A DNA stretch of 64,000 nt from Octopus sinensis (lineage: Eukaryota), in the NCBI RefSeq assembly GCF_006345805.1, contig NC_042998.1, forward strand, positions 155,744,001 through 155,808,000. The letters are read 5' to 3'. The notes beneath the pieces are model-generated. The model was not told the DNA's origin. It saw nothing but the letters and a program-made list of their open reading frames with translations, and ran no database searches. Made by a program: the position numbers and the translations under genes. Positions 38,331 through 52,889 of this stretch are shown piece by piece; the first letter of the stretch is position 1, and each line of letters begins with the position of its first letter.

Positions 38331-39291
38331 CCACTGCTGAGTGAGGGACCTTCTCTTAAAGGTCCAGTCTCATTTTTGCTGTTATCACCGGAGTTTCTGT
38401 GTAAACTTTTGTCTCTCATGAACTGAGGTCATCACCACTATTGTTATTCGACATCTGGTAATTTTAAGTAACTTTCTATTGCATCACTTGCTGCACTTTT
38501 ATGCTGGTAAGGTGTGTTGCACATTTTTTCTTTTTTTTTTGTTTGGGGAATATTGTATTGCATCAGTATACCTTGGCATTCTATTGTGAGTGGCACACCC
38601 ACATAAGATGGGTTTTCTTTGTTTTGATGGGGATTTTTCCGATTTTTTTTCACCATACCTTTGCAAAATGAAGTTTTTGAGAAAAACAATTTTTGAAAAT
38701 TTATGAATCTCTTTCCACCCACTCCCAGCCTGATTTTGTCCAATTTTCTTTTTGCACTATGCTCTTAAAAACAATGGAAAATACCTTTTCAGTGAAAAAA
38801 AATTTGAAAATTTATGATATTTTCAAACCCCCATTCCCCCACTCATTACTGATTTTAGCTGGGGTTTTTTTTTGCATTGCACACTTAAAAACTGAGAGAA
38901 GCCTTGAAGGTTAAAAACAAAATTTTGGAAATTGGTAATCACCATTACAATCCCCATTCCCTTAATTTTTTAAAATAAAATGAAAGAAATATGAAATAAT
39001 AATGAAATGTGAAATAACAGTGAAATTCAAAATATTTTTTCATTAACACTGCCCCTCCATATATCCTAAAATTTCAGCTAAAAAAATTTTTTTTTTTTAA
39101 ATCATAGTTTTAAAAACAGATAGTCTGCATCTGCAATTTGTTTGTGTTTATAATTTCAAAATAATTTTCAGATGAAAAGGTGTGTGATTTGTGGAAAATT
39201 GTTGTTATAGCACATCCCACGACCACCAGACATCTTCCTTATTTCTTTCTCACTTTGACATGTATTGATGTTTTTCAATATTTTTCTCCCC

Positions 39292-39512
39292 ATAAGGCAG
39301 CAAGCTGGCAGAATTGTTAGTCAGGTGAACTACTTAGTGGTATTTCATCTGCCGCTATGTTCTGAGTTCAAATTCTGCCAAGGTCGACTTTGCCTTTCAT
39401 CCTTTTGGGTCGATTAAATAAGTACCAGTTACGCACTAGAGTCGATGTAATCGACTTGATTCCTTTGTCTGTCCTTGTTTGTCCCCTTGTGGGCAATAAA
39501 GAAATAAATATT
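39292..39512 (+). mobile_element. SINE
   Basis: gagttcaaattctgcc box, then gtcgactttgcctttcatcc...aagtaccag. Same family as 62405-62600 and the fragment at 37080-37200. Confidence 0.75.
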
Positions 39513-39651
39513 TTTCTTCCCATAAACAATTTATGAAATGATGATGCAGTGATCCATTGCCTGGACTTAAGTATCAACAACAAACAAATATGTAATTTAA
39601 ATTTTTACTTCCTCCCGCACCAAGTGAGTCTGTGTGTGCATACATGCGTAT

Positions 39652-39691
<40 letters not shown>

Positions 39692-41241
39692 ACATGCATT
39701 TAAGAAAAAACATATTTGCTAGCAGAAACGCATGCTACTAAAATGAATTATCTTTTACATACCCTTTTTAAAACACTCTGTTGCCCCAATGAAATTCCTT
39801 ACAAATATGCATGCATACACACTGAAAAACAACACACACACACAGCATGAGTGATATATTTTAGAGAGAATGAAAGAGTTTACTGTGAGAAAATGAGAGA
39901 GAGAGAGAGAGAGAGAGCTCATTTCTGTGAAGCGAAAATTTTCACATTTGCTATATTGATATACATTTTCACACTGAATCCGAGTTTGTGATTCATTTCT
40001 TCCAGAAAATTTTAGAAAAATGTTACAGAGGTTTAAAATTTCATCATTGTTACTCAATCAGAAGACAGAATTTTACATGATAGCTGTGATAAAATGAAAG
40101 TAAACATTAGGAGACGAGTTTTTAAACAAAATGAAAGAAATGCAAAAGAATTAATACATATACATAGAGAGAGAGAGAGAGAGGGGGGAGGGAGAGGGAG
40201 GAGAGAGAGAAAGTGGAAAATATATACGGAGAGATAGATTAATAGTAACAGATAGTTTGAGATTTAAATGTTGAATTATTTCTCATTGCAAATTGTTTTG
40301 TATTATTATTTATATTTTGTGTCATTATTTATGTTGAACATTATCTTTGGGACGCAGATTTTGAAAATCAAAATCATTTTTCTTGAGGATGCACTATTTT
40401 AGAGCTTTTCAGAGTTAAACATGTAGTAGATATACATATGTGTGTGTGTGCGTGTGTGTGTGTGTGTGAGTGTGTGTGTGTGTGCGTGTACATTATGTGT
40501 AAAACCACACACATATACTTATATACACATATTCTACAGGTTTCCATACAGTTTCTGAGAGCCAAATTTCAGTCACAAGGAATTGGTTGACCTGAGACTA
40601 TAGCAGAAGACTCTTGCTCAAGGTGCAATAAAGTTGGACTGAATTAAAGCCATCAGGTTGCTAAGTGAACTTCTTGACTGTATAAACATGTTTGCACCAA
40701 CAGTAAAGATGTGTTATTTAGGCCTGTTATTGTTTTTACATGTTAAGACAGTGCAAGAAAACAGAACAAAATTTTAAGACATTTCATGGGCTAAAATTCT
40801 ATTGTCCTATCTACATGTTATGAAAAATAAAAAATGAATATTATTGCAGATATAAAATTTGTACCTACTTTTGATAAGTTAACAAGTTTCAACTAAATTT
40901 CAACATGAAATCTCACTGATTATAAGACAGATGATAATTCTCACTGTAGTTTTTTCACTAGCTATAGCTAGTTTTATTTTAAATATTATTGCTTTTATTT
41001 TGTCTTGTTGTTTCCTGCTTTAATGATATAATTTTCAATTGGAGTTGTGAAGGCAACAGATGGAAAATTTGTAATCAGAGAAATGACTAATAAGTAAAAA
41101 CCATCATCATGAAAGTCATCAGTATTATCATTGCTTTTATCACCTTTATTTTCATTGTTATAATAATCATGTTACATTATTATTATTATCATCATACACA
41201 TACACACACATACATACATACATACATACATACTTTTTTTA

Positions 41242-42155
41242 AAGATATTTTTAAGTGTCCGACATGTTTCCTCCTTTCATTGTTTTTTTTGCAAGTATTA
41301 TCACCATCAAACCTTATTGTTTCCCCTTTTATTATCGTTGTCTTTCGTCTGAAATGCTAGCTGAAGCATTTCTCCACAACATATAAACTTTCACTCATAG
41401 AAACTTATTCACACGACCGCAAAGCATTTCGTCTCAAATCTTGTCTTTCTGTCGCTTAAATCTCTACCCCATCTTTCCCATTGTTTTTTGCAAGTATTAT
41501 CACCATCAAACCTTATTGTTTCCCCTTTTATTATCGTTGTCTTTCGTCTGAAATGCTAGCTGAAGCATTTCTCCACAACATATAAACTATCACTCATAGA
41601 AACTTATTCACACGACCGCAAAGCATTTCGTCTCAAATCTTGTCTTTCTGTCGCTTAAATCTCTACCTCATCTTTCCCAGTGCGCGGTGTCGTTTTCTCC
41701 CTCTCTGTTATCACTATGTCTCTCTCTCTCTGTATATATCTCACTTTCTCTCGGTTCCACAGGCCTAGCCAATATGCCCTGCCTCCTACTCACACCTCCG
41801 CACCCCTCCCCTATAAAACCCAATGCACGAGGCTTGACCCTTCTTACTATTCTTTTCTCCTGGCTGTAACACACGAAACACAAACCTCAGGATGAAAAAT
41901 ACCAGTTAAGATATTTTAAAGTTTCCGACCTGTTTCCTCCTTTCATTGTTTTTTTGCAAGTATTATCACCATCAAACCTTATTGTTTCCCCTTTTATTAT
42001 CGTTGTCTTTCGTCTGAAATGCTAGCTGTAGCATTTCTCCACAACATATAAACTTTCACTCATAGAAACTTATTCACACGACAGCAAAGCATTTCGTCTC
42101 AAATCTTGTCTTTCTGTCGCTTAAATCTCTACCCCAGCTTTCCCAGTGCGCGGTG
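41242..42155 (+). repeat. Three copies of a roughly 200-240-bp unit upstream of the RTE ORF
   Basis: gcaagtattatcaccatcaaacc...tctctaccccatctttccca occurs at 41242-41480, 41481-41689 and 41908-42155. Confidence 0.9.
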
Positions 42156-45100
42156 CGCCCGCCCTACCACCTGTACCGGAAGTCCTTATCTCATCTTGTC
42201 TTCCTTTGCTTTTCTTCCATGAACACCTAAAGGCCTGAAGCCAATATCACCCCTACTATATAAGGTGGTGACCATACGGCGCAAAACATGATAGTGTGGT
42301 GTAGCACACATTGCTTTGCTTATGAATTCTGCCAAATGCGAGCTTTCTTTTCAGGTACATGACGCCACTGCTCCCCGTCCCTGGGCCTCTAGGGCCCATA
42401 CCTTCCACACTCTCAGGGTGGGCACCCTCAACGTTGGCACACTGAAAGGTAGGTCTGGCGAGATAGTCGAGATGTTTGAACGGAGATATGTTGATGTTTG
42501 TTGCATGCAAGAAATAAGGTGGAGAGGAGGATCTGCTAGGTTCCTCACAGGCAAGGAACACAGGTACAAGATTTTCTGGGCAGGGAACACTGACGGGGTT
42601 GGTGACGTGGGTATACTTATCGCTGAGAAATGGGTAGATAAAGTAATTGAGGTAATCAGAGTAAGTGACAGAATACTTAAGATTAGAATAGTGCTTCATC
42701 ATAGATTAGCAACCATTATATCGGCCAATGCCCTTCAGCCAGGGCTACCCGATGGACAGAAAGACAGTTTCTATGACACCCTACTGCAGACCACCTCATT
42801 GACGAACGACCGGGACCTTCTCTTTGTGGCTGGTGATTTCAATGGGCATGTTGGACGACATGCTGGGGGCTTCCATGGCGTACGTGGAGGCTACGGTTAT
42901 GGTTCCCGCAACGAGGAGGGAACCAGGCTGCTGGAGTTCTGCGATGCGAATAGTCTTATGGTTTGCAACACTAACTTCAGGAAACCGACAAGCCACCTTG
43001 TCACCTACTGATCGGGCCAGCATACTAGCCAAATCGACTACATCCTTGCCAGAAAAAGGGAAAGATGGCTGCTTATAAATGCCAAAACCTTCCCAGGCGA
43101 AGAATGCACCCCACAACATAGACTGGTAGTTAATGACTTTAGGATCAGGACTAAGAGGGCGACTAGAAGACGACCAACATGGAGAAGAAGGGTCTGGAAG
43201 CTTAAAGACCCTGAGAATGGACAGAGATTTAGAGACATGTTACTTGAAGCCTTTGACGAAATGGAAGTGGGTATAGCTTCACATGGGGTAGAAGACAACT
43301 GGACGCTTCTGAGGGACAACCTGCTGAAAGCCACTGACCAGATCTGTGGCTGGTGCAAAGTCCCCTTAAGACCCAAAATAACGTGGTGGTGGAACAATAT
43401 TGTTGACAGGGTTATTAGACAAAAGAAACAGGCTTGGAAGAACAGTGGTAGCAGGGAAGTGTATCAGACTACCAGAAGGGAAGCTAGGAGGCAGGTCTAT
43501 CTAGCCAGAGGGGAAACAGATAAGAAAAAATTTGCCAATGTCCTGCGCCGTGAGGATGAAAGACTTGAGGTATTTCGTGTTGCAAGACAGTGTGTGAGAG
43601 AGAATCGTGACGTGATAGGAGAGAAATGTGTTCACAAGGATATGGTTCACTTGCGCTAAATGAAGATGCAAAGAGAGAGGCTTGGAGATGCCACTATGAA
43701 AGGTTGCTGAATGAGGAAAATGAATGGGATAAAGAGAGTCTGCCGAATGTCGACCCAACAGAGGGACCAGCAATCCGAGTTAACAGTTCCTTAGTAGTTA
43801 AGGCAATTACAAGCATGAAAACAGGGAAAGCCCCAGGCCCATCAGGTATCACTGTTGAGATGCTCAAAATATCTGGTAGTGTCGGCTATAGCCTAGTCAC
43901 CCGTATAGTTAACCAGGTGATACACGAAGGAGTCATACCCAATGACTGGTGTAGCAGCATAATAGTCAACTGCTACAAAGGTAAAGGTGACGCCCTAGAT
44001 ACAAATAACTACAGGAGTATCAAGCTGCTGGATCAGGTAATGAAGGTTACAGAGAGGGTTATAGCCCAATTAATTAGAGAGAGAGTTAGCTTAGATGAGA
44101 TGCAGTTTGGGTTCGTGCCAGGGAAAAGTACTACTGATGCTATATTCCTGGTAAGGCAGCTGCAGGAGAAATACCTAGTCAAAGATAAGCCCCTGTATTT
44201 GGCTTTTGTTGACATGGAGAAAGCCTTTGACAGGGTCCCCCGATCCCTTATCTGGTGGTCAATGAGGAAACTAGGGATAGATGAATGGTTAGTGAGAGCT
44301 GTGCGAGCCATGTACAGAGACGCTGCTAGTAAGGTGAGGGTTGGCAATGAGTACAGTGAAGAATTCCGGGTAGAGGTTGGGGTCCACCAAGGTTCAGTCC
44401 TCAGTCCCCTCCTATTTATCATAGTCCTCCAGGCAATAACGGAGGAATTCAAGACAGGATGCCCCTGGGAGCTCCTCTATGCCGATGACCTTGCTCTAAT
44501 TGCTGAGGCACTATCAGAACTGGAGGAGAAGTTTCAGGTGTGGAAACAAGGATTAGGATCGAAGGGCCTTAGAATCAACCTAGCCAAAACCAAAGTCCTA
44601 ATAAGTAGGAAGGTGGACCAATCACAAACGACTTCAGGTAGATGGCCCTGCTCGATCTGTAAAAAAGGTGTAGGTAGAAACTCTATAAGGTGCACCAAGT
44701 GTAAGCTATGGACACATAAGAGGTGCAGCAATGTCAAAGGAAGGCTAACTAGGAAAATAGTTTTTGTCTGGCAGATGCTCAGGAGCAATAAACACTGGAA
44801 ATGTGCAGAGACCAACTTCTACCATGTTCCAGGGAGACAAACTAAAAGTAGTTGATAGCTTCCGCTACCTAGGTGACCAAGTCAGTAGCAGGGGTGGGTG
44901 TGCTGAAAGTGTAACTGCTAGAGTAAGAATAGCCTGGGCAAACTTCAGAGAGCTCTTATCTCTGCTGGTGACAAAAGGCCTCTTGCTCAGAATAAAAGGC
45001 AGACCGTATGACGCATTTGTATGAACAGCCATGCTACATGGCAGTGAAACATGGGCCGTGACTGCTGAGGATATGTGTAAGCTCGCAAGAAATGAAGCCA

Positions 45101-45968
45101 GTATGCTCCAATGGATGTGTAATGTCAGTGTTCATAATCGACAGAGTGTAAGTACCTTGAGAGAAAAGTTGAACCTAAGAAGCATCAGTTGTGGTGTGCA
45201 TGAGAGACGTCTGTGCTGGTATGGTCATGTGACGAGAATGGCTGAAGTTAGTTGTGTGCAAAAGTGCTACATCCTAGCAGTTTAGGGAACCTGTGGAAGA
45301 GGTAGACCTAGGAAAACCTGGGACAAGGTGGTGAAGCACGACCTTCGAACTTTAGGTGCATACCTTCCTTCTTGGGACACTTGTGAAGACCTGTTGAGGC
45401 AAGTGAAAATCAAACCAAATCAAAATAGATGAACATCAATGGAATTTGTATCTTTGTGGTACCAGTGCCGGTGGCACATAAGAAAACCATCCGAACGTGG
45501 CCATAGCCAGTGCCGCATTGACTGGCCTCTGTGCTGTGGGCATGTAACAAACACCATCTGATCGTGGCCATTCGCCAGCCTCGTCTGTCACCTGTGTTGG
45601 TGGCACATAAAAAACACCATCCAGGCCTGGCCGTTCGCCAGCCTCGTCTGGCACCTGTGTCGGTGGCACATAAAAAACACCATCCGAGCGTGGCTGTCCG
45701 CCAGCCTCGTCTGGCACCTGTGTCGGTGGCACATAAAAAACACCATCCGAGCGTGGCCGTCGCCAGCCTCGTCTGGCACCTGTGTTGGTGGCACATAAAA
45801 TCACCCACTACTTTCTCGGAGTGGTTGGCGTTAGAAAGGGCATCCAGCTGTAGAAACACTGCCAGATCTGACTGGCCTGGTGCAGCCTTCGGGCTCCCCA
45901 GACCCCAGTTGAACCGTCCAACCCATGCTAGCATGGAAAGTGGACGTTAAACGATGATGATGATGATG
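42156..45968 (+). mobile_element. Near full-length RTE LINE (APE plus RT), disrupted
   Basis: APE: GTLNVGTLKGR, CMQEIRW, AGDFNGHVG, QIDYIL. RT in 43626-44855. Stop at 43009-43011 and frameshifts. Deletion at the ORF end near 45350. (GAT)n tail. Confidence 0.93.
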
Positions 45969-48900
45969 ATACATACATACATATATGTTTAACAATTTAT
46001 AACAATTTGCAGTTAACAAGTGAATGAGAAAAGGAAAAATAGTATTAATTGAAATGCCCTTTTATTTTCTTTGTTACAATATGAGATACAACATCGAGCT
46101 GTTGCTGTGCATAAGTTATTTGCCCTTCTGTAGATAACTTCACCTTGTGTTGACTATTTGAAGATTGGTGGAAAAAGAAGTGAGACAAAGAGTAAGAGCT
46201 GTGTAGTCCCTCCCATAAAGTGTTTCCCCCATTGGTGCCGAAAAAAAGCAGAACTGAATTTTGGTTCTGTATTTATATTTTCTCTAACTAAATTAAGTCA
46301 GGCTGAACAAAGAGAGAGGAAGATAGGGGAGGGAGAGGTAGTGGTGAGTGAAATGTGTAATATTATTTTTTGAACCAAGTTTTTTTACTCCGTTACTTAG
46401 CTTTCATATGATTAGTTGAAGGGAAAGGTGAAGAACAAAAGAAAAAGAAGAGAGAAAAAGGGGGTAATGCAAAGAATGAGAGAGAAATTCCCAGTTTTGT
46501 GTGTAGTTCAGGGCTGTGGAAATTAATGCGTAACAATTAGAATAACTTTCAAGCCTGAAAATCCTTGGACATCGACCTCTTGACGTCATGGATATGGCAG
46601 CTGCAAGGAGAGAAAGCAGCACTATCATTCAGCTTGTATTCCATTTCAGTTAGGTAGACTGGAGCAGCATCAAATGAAGTGCTTTGCTTCAGGACACAAC
46701 ATGCCACCCAACTCAGGAATCAAACCCAGAACCTTATCAAGATCTTAACTATTAAGCCACCTGCCTTCATAAACTGTAATTATTTCATAATACAGACAAC
46801 TGCATGTAGTCATTGTTTCCTGTCCAAAAGAAAAATATGCAATGAAAGCTGTAACAATTATCAGCTTTTTAACCCTTTAGCATTTAGATTTCTTTGTCAA
46901 ATGAATTGGATCATTCCAGTGAAACTCAACAAGAGCTAGTTGCGAAGGTTCTAGGACAAGAATGAGAAGGCAAAGAATATGTTTATGTTTGCTTACTACT
47001 ACATAGGCAACCAAAAACAATTAGAGAGGCATGGTACATACTCTCAAATCATATTCTAGTAACAGCTGTAGTTTAATCATAATTTGGCAAGATATGATAT
47101 ATGTGGTAAATATCAAATGTATGAGCAAAGAAAATGAAAATAAAATTAAATAAAAATTTGTTGTTCTTATTTGGAGATAATTCATCAATGCTAAGATAAT
47201 TCAGTTTGATAACAAGTTTTTATATGAATTTTGTTTATTGTTTTAGACTGGTATGCAAATTTTAAGAAATCTATGGTTGTGTTGATGATATTAAGCTAGC
47301 ATCAAGGTATACAATTCATCTAAAACTTTGACAATTACAACATATGACAAATTTATTAATTGCTACAACACATGACCTCTAATCTGGCTTTCGGAAATTT
47401 GGAATTTCCAGGAATCTGGGAATAGTGTGCAATACTGTGCAATATACTGTACCTTGTATTGAGTAAACAGACCCTGTTTGTTAAAGTTGGTTAATTTGTT
47501 TATGATGTGTTAAAATAATTTTGTTCTTCACTTTTTTTAAGTGGATTGGTGAAGATTAAACATACTTTGCTTTAGAAGTGTATTAATTTGTACCTGTATC
47601 TCTTAAAATCATGTTCTTTACATATTTTCATTTAGTTTTCATCCTATAAACATATGGTATTATCCTAAATAACAATAGGTATAACATCTATATTGTCAAA
47701 CATACTTTTTCTAGTTATTAGGAATAAGGTAAACATAATTTTTTGCAGTCCACAGTAGAAAAATTTACAGTATATATGGCACAAATTAAGCTGGTATAGT
47801 ATTGTTCCTGGCAGCTTTCTATAATGGCTGAATATTCTATGCCACTGATTGTGTGTGTGTGTGTGTGTGGGGGGGGTGCTAAATTAAGTATGTCCAGGGT
47901 TGGATTAAGACCCATAGAAGCCTTGAGTATTTCAAAAGATTTTGGTGCCCTCATAGTCATGTAATTCAAAATATAAACAATAATAAACCAGAAAATGAAA
48001 TTTTATTTTTAAAAATGAAACAAAACTGACAGTAAGATGGAAAATAATGTTTATTTTTATATACTTCCAATCTATTTATATTTGACTATCAGAGATACCT
48101 GGTGTTGCCCATGTTACATTCAATTGAAGAATTAGACTTTTCTGTTATATTTTCTGTAATGAACTGGAATATCTATGTTTCGAATTTCATCAAAATTGCA
48201 GATGAGGGTTATTTCCTTCTTTACACACCCTAAAAAAATTGTAATCGTGTCACATGTATCCCTTACTACTGATTTTTATGTGCATATTCCTAAATTCCAG
48301 TCTTATTGAACCTGTTAAAAAGATTTTGCTCCTGAAAAATGAAGGTCATAGAGCTCTAAAATGTGAGAGTTAAGGCATCTGTTGGGGGCAGGCATCTTAA
48401 TGTCCACCAGAGAACTTGAATTGTTGAGAATCTTTTTAACTTGTATCTATTGTTTGAATTTCTTTGAAATAGGAAATATATGTTCACTGGGTTTGTAAAA
48501 GAGAGCAAAGCTACAGGAAATGATAGTCAGCTACCCTACCTTAGTCGTTACCACTCCCAATGTAGGATTCCTCACCATCCAGGTGACAGGCACATGCATT
48601 ACGAATCTATAGCAATTGGAAGGGCCTGACCCAACTGAAATAAACATTAACAACTGTGTGATGTGAGAGCGAAGGAGAAATGAAAGTGTCACCTCTGGAG
48701 TTTGCAAATGACCACTATACTGATACATAACTGGACAGAATAAATTTACAATGTATAAATGTCTTTGAATAACCTGTGAAGGCCTTGAAATCAATGTTAC
48801 CATCTGGGGACTATGTGTGACCCAGTAATAATAAAAAGACTGAAAGGAGGTCTGCAATCAAATAACTTTACTTAACACTTTGCAACTGAATCAGTGGAGG

Positions 48901-49411
48901 CAAAGATGCCTCTCATTTACTCGACAATTTATGCACCACATTGCAGAAATCACAATGTAAGTGTATGTCAAAGCAAACTGTTACACTGTTGTACCATTGA
49001 ATTTGTGTCTAATATCTATGGTTAAAATTTCGTCAACAGCAAAAATATATGAATTGTCATGGGGGTTATGCCCCTTATTCATAGAATATAATTTCCAAAT
49101 TTCAGTACTTTTGACCTTGTTTTGGAACATAAAAGAAATTACTAAAATTTGGGAGTTAAGGCCGGCATTTGGGTGTGATAAATATATATATATAGAAAGA
49201 GAGAGAGAGAGAGATAGATATAGATATAGATACACACACACAAACACATATAAAGATAAATTGATATATACAACTGAGTGGGCAAAAAAAATATTCTATA
49301 ATTCTATTAGTTTGTTTTTGTGAAACCAGTAAGTTATGGGGATATAAATAAATGAACAGTAGTTGTGAAGCAGTGATGAGAGCGAAACACAGACACAAAG
49401 ACACACACATA

Positions 49412-50263
49412 CATCATCATCATCATCATCATCATTTAACGTCCGCTTTCCATGCTAGCATGGGTTGGACGGTTCAGCTGGGGTCTGGGGAGCCCGAAGG
49501 CTGCACCAGGCCAATCAGATCTGGCAGTGTTTCTACAGCTGGAAGCCCTTCCTAACGCCAACCACTCCGAGAGTGCAGTGGGTGATTTTATGTGCCACCA
49601 ACACAGGTGCCAGACGAGGCTGGCGAACGGCCACGCTCGGATGGTGTTTTTATGTGCCACCGACACAGGTGCCAGATGAGGCTGGCGAACGGCCACGATC
49701 GGATGGTGTTTGTTACATGCCCACAGCAAGGAGGCCAGTTGATGCGGTACTGGCTACGGCCATGTTCGGATGGTTTTCTTGTGTGCCACCGGCACTGGTA
49801 CCACAAAGATACAAATTCCATTGATGTTCATCTATTTTGATTTGTTTTGATTTGATTTGATTTTCACTTGCCTCAACAGGTCTTCACAAGTGTCACAAGA
49901 AGGAAGGTATGCACAGGTGGACTGACTACGTCCCAGGTAGGGGCCACGGGTTATGGCCTGACTAGTCTTGCTGGGTCTTCGGATGGTGTTTTTATGTGCC
50001 ACCGACACAGGTGCCAGATGAGGCTGGCGAACGGCCACGATCGGATGGTGTTTGTTACGTGCCCACAGCACGGAGGCCAGTCGATGCTGTACTGGCTACG
50101 GCCACGTTCGGATGGTTTTCTTGTGTGCCACCGGCACTGGTACCACAAAGATACAAATTCCATTGATGTTCATCTATTTTGATTTGATTTGATTTGATTT
50201 TCACTTGCCTCAACAGGTCTTCACAAGTGTCACAAGAAGGGAGGTATGCACAGGTGGACTACC
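49412..50263 (-). mobile_element. RTE LINE 3' end with a duplicated 330-bp unit
   Basis: Colinear with 16455-17360; junction gggtcttc|ggatggtg at about 49980. Confidence 0.88.
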
Positions 50264-50328
50264 TACACTTATATATATACATACATATATATATACGATT
50301 GATTTGTTTCAGTTCCTGTCTACGAAAT

Positions 50329-50384
<56 letters not shown>

Positions 50385-51052
50385 ACCCCCCCCCACCCCA
50401 AAGATAAATTGATAGATACAACTGAGTGGGAAAACAAAAATATGAGACACTGCCTAGTGCTTATTCTATAAGTTTCTTCTTGTGAAACCAGTAATTTATG
50501 GGGATGTAAATAAACGAACACCATTTGTGAAGCAGTGATGAGGGAGAAACACAAAAACACACACATAGATTTACATATATACATACATATATATACAATT
50601 GATTTCTTTCAGTTTCTGTCTACAAAATCCACTGACAAGGCTTTAGTTGGTCTGAGGCTATAGCAGAAGACACATGCCAAGTTACCACACAGTGGGACTG
50701 AACTGAGGACCATGTGTTTTGGAACCAAGTTTGTTACCACACAGCCACACCTGCACCTATGTATGTGTGTGTGTGTGTGTATGTGTGTATGAGTATATAT
50801 ATGTATACATGTATATATGTGTATATATATGTGTACATATTACATGTACATCTATATCTATAGAAATACATCTATACATATATACAATATACAGCTATAC
50901 ATATAGATGTATACATATACAGCTATACATATACATGTATACATGTATATATATACATGTGTATATATATATAATATATATATATGTATATATATATATA
51001 TGTATATATACATCCATATATATACATCTACATATATACATCTATATGTTTA

Positions 51053-51125
<73 letters not shown>

Positions 51126-51327
51126 GTAAGTTTGAATTTAAAATAATAAGGGTGAAAGATTGAATTGATTAATTTGAGATGCAGCATGAAGTTTTGTCAA
51201 TGAATAGGTCGCGGACTGAAAGTGACGAAAATATTTTTTGACAAATTAAATTTAAATGCTGAAGGGAATCTAACGGTTTTTGTGTGTTTCTTAAATGGCT
51301 TATAAACACCTTCCACACTGCAATTGT

Positions 51328-51359
<32 letters not shown>

Positions 51360-51559
51360 CATGTAAATTTAAATTTAAAATAATAAGGGTTTAGAAATTG
51401 ATTATTAATTTGATTAATATGAATTGAAAACCAGTGGTGTAGCATATAAGACCATAGCAGATCTTCTTCTAGCAAAATGAATGTCCACTGTTAATGATTA
51501 ATCCCTCTTATATAATAGTTTGACTTTAATAGTTTCAGTATTAAAGTGAAAGTATTTAA

Positions 51560-51920
51560 CATGTAATACTGAAATAGTGGAGAAGATATGATATTGCTGT
51601 TGGCAAGAAGTTCAAAATTATTTTGCCCATGACACTACATGGACCCTAAGTAAGGCATGTATAAAATTTGAATGAAATTGGTTGTGTAGTTCTCAAGTTT
51701 TAGGGATTCATAGTAGAGAAGATATGATATTGCTGTGGGCTCGCCCTAAGCAGAAAGTTAAAATTTTGTTTTGCCCACGACACTCCATGGACCCTAAGTA
51801 AGGCATGTGTAAAATTTAAATGAAATTGGTTCTGTAGTTCTCTAGTTTTAGGGATTCACACAGGCAGACAGACAGACAGACACACACACACACACACATT
51901 CTCAGTTTTATATATATAGA
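51560..51920 (+). mobile_element. Helitron/HINE-like 3' end with two 150-bp tandem units
   Basis: Repeat gagaagatatgatattgctgt...ttttagggattca occurs twice, then (GACA)n(CA)n and TTTTATATATATAGAT. A possible 5' end, CTATCAGAGATACCTGGTGTTGCCC, lies at about 48085. Confidence 0.55.
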
Positions 51921-52889
51921 TAACTTTTCTCTTACTTTTTTTAATTACAATCTTTGAGCAGATCGTCACTTTTACACCATGAACACTTTGAAATTATATT
52001 TCAAATTATATAAATCACTTCAAATATTATTTTCTCAAGTTTAAAGTAATTTCTTTTGTGCCATAACCATTTACCATTTCTATGGTACTCCACCCACTAC
52101 TTTCCCTTGCTCATTTTTCTTAATGGTTAATCTAGAGCTGAGTATGTCTTCTCTTAGGTGCAGTCAACAAACTGTAAAATGGTCTGTCAGGAGTCTCCCT
52201 GCTCTGTTTTTCTATATATCAAAAGCAAAGTGGGCAATGTGTTCATATTCTTATACTTACCTATCATGGCTAAAACTTCTATTATTTAAATTTATTTCAT
52301 TCTTTCTGTTTTATGTGATGTTGTGCATAAAGTATATATTATTTAATTACAGGCTCCCTATAAAGTACAAAAAAGCAAATTAAGATACCTAAAAAGGTAA
52401 AGGCTTAATTCCCAACTGAATATTCTATTCTAGCAGTTAGGGAAGAAAATTTGATACATCTCAAAGAGGCAGTCAACAAACTGTTAAACAGTCCATTAGG
52501 ATCTGCCTCAGTCTTTTTTTCAGGCATCAAAAGCATACTACATTCTTATAATTTCCCCTCATGTTTAAGGATGTCTAATATCTAAATATGTGTATGTGTA
52601 TATCTGTAAGTATATACCTCTATGTGTATCTGTATGTATATACCTGTGAGTGTGTGTGCGCATGCGGGTTTTGTGCTATGTCTTGTGCTCTCCACCCATG
52701 TCACTGTGACTCCTTCCATGTTACTGTGACTCCGCCCCACTCAAGCGTTATGCTAGCTCCTACAGACTACCTAACCATGTCATTTCTCTATTGCTATAAG
52801 ACAGCACCAACAGCTGAATCAGATGTATTAACAACAAGCAAAAGCTTTGCATCAGATCTGGGGTGTACTGACAACTATACTTTTACAAG

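Noticed and set aside
42140-42320. HDV-like ribozyme expected at some RTE 5' ends
   Set aside because: I could not identify the nested double pseudoknot by eye; it needs an RNArobo or Infernal search.
49250-50590. Similar sequences flanking the RTE tail as a target-site duplication
   Set aside because: Too long and too diverged, and not directly abutting; they look like two SINE-tail copies.
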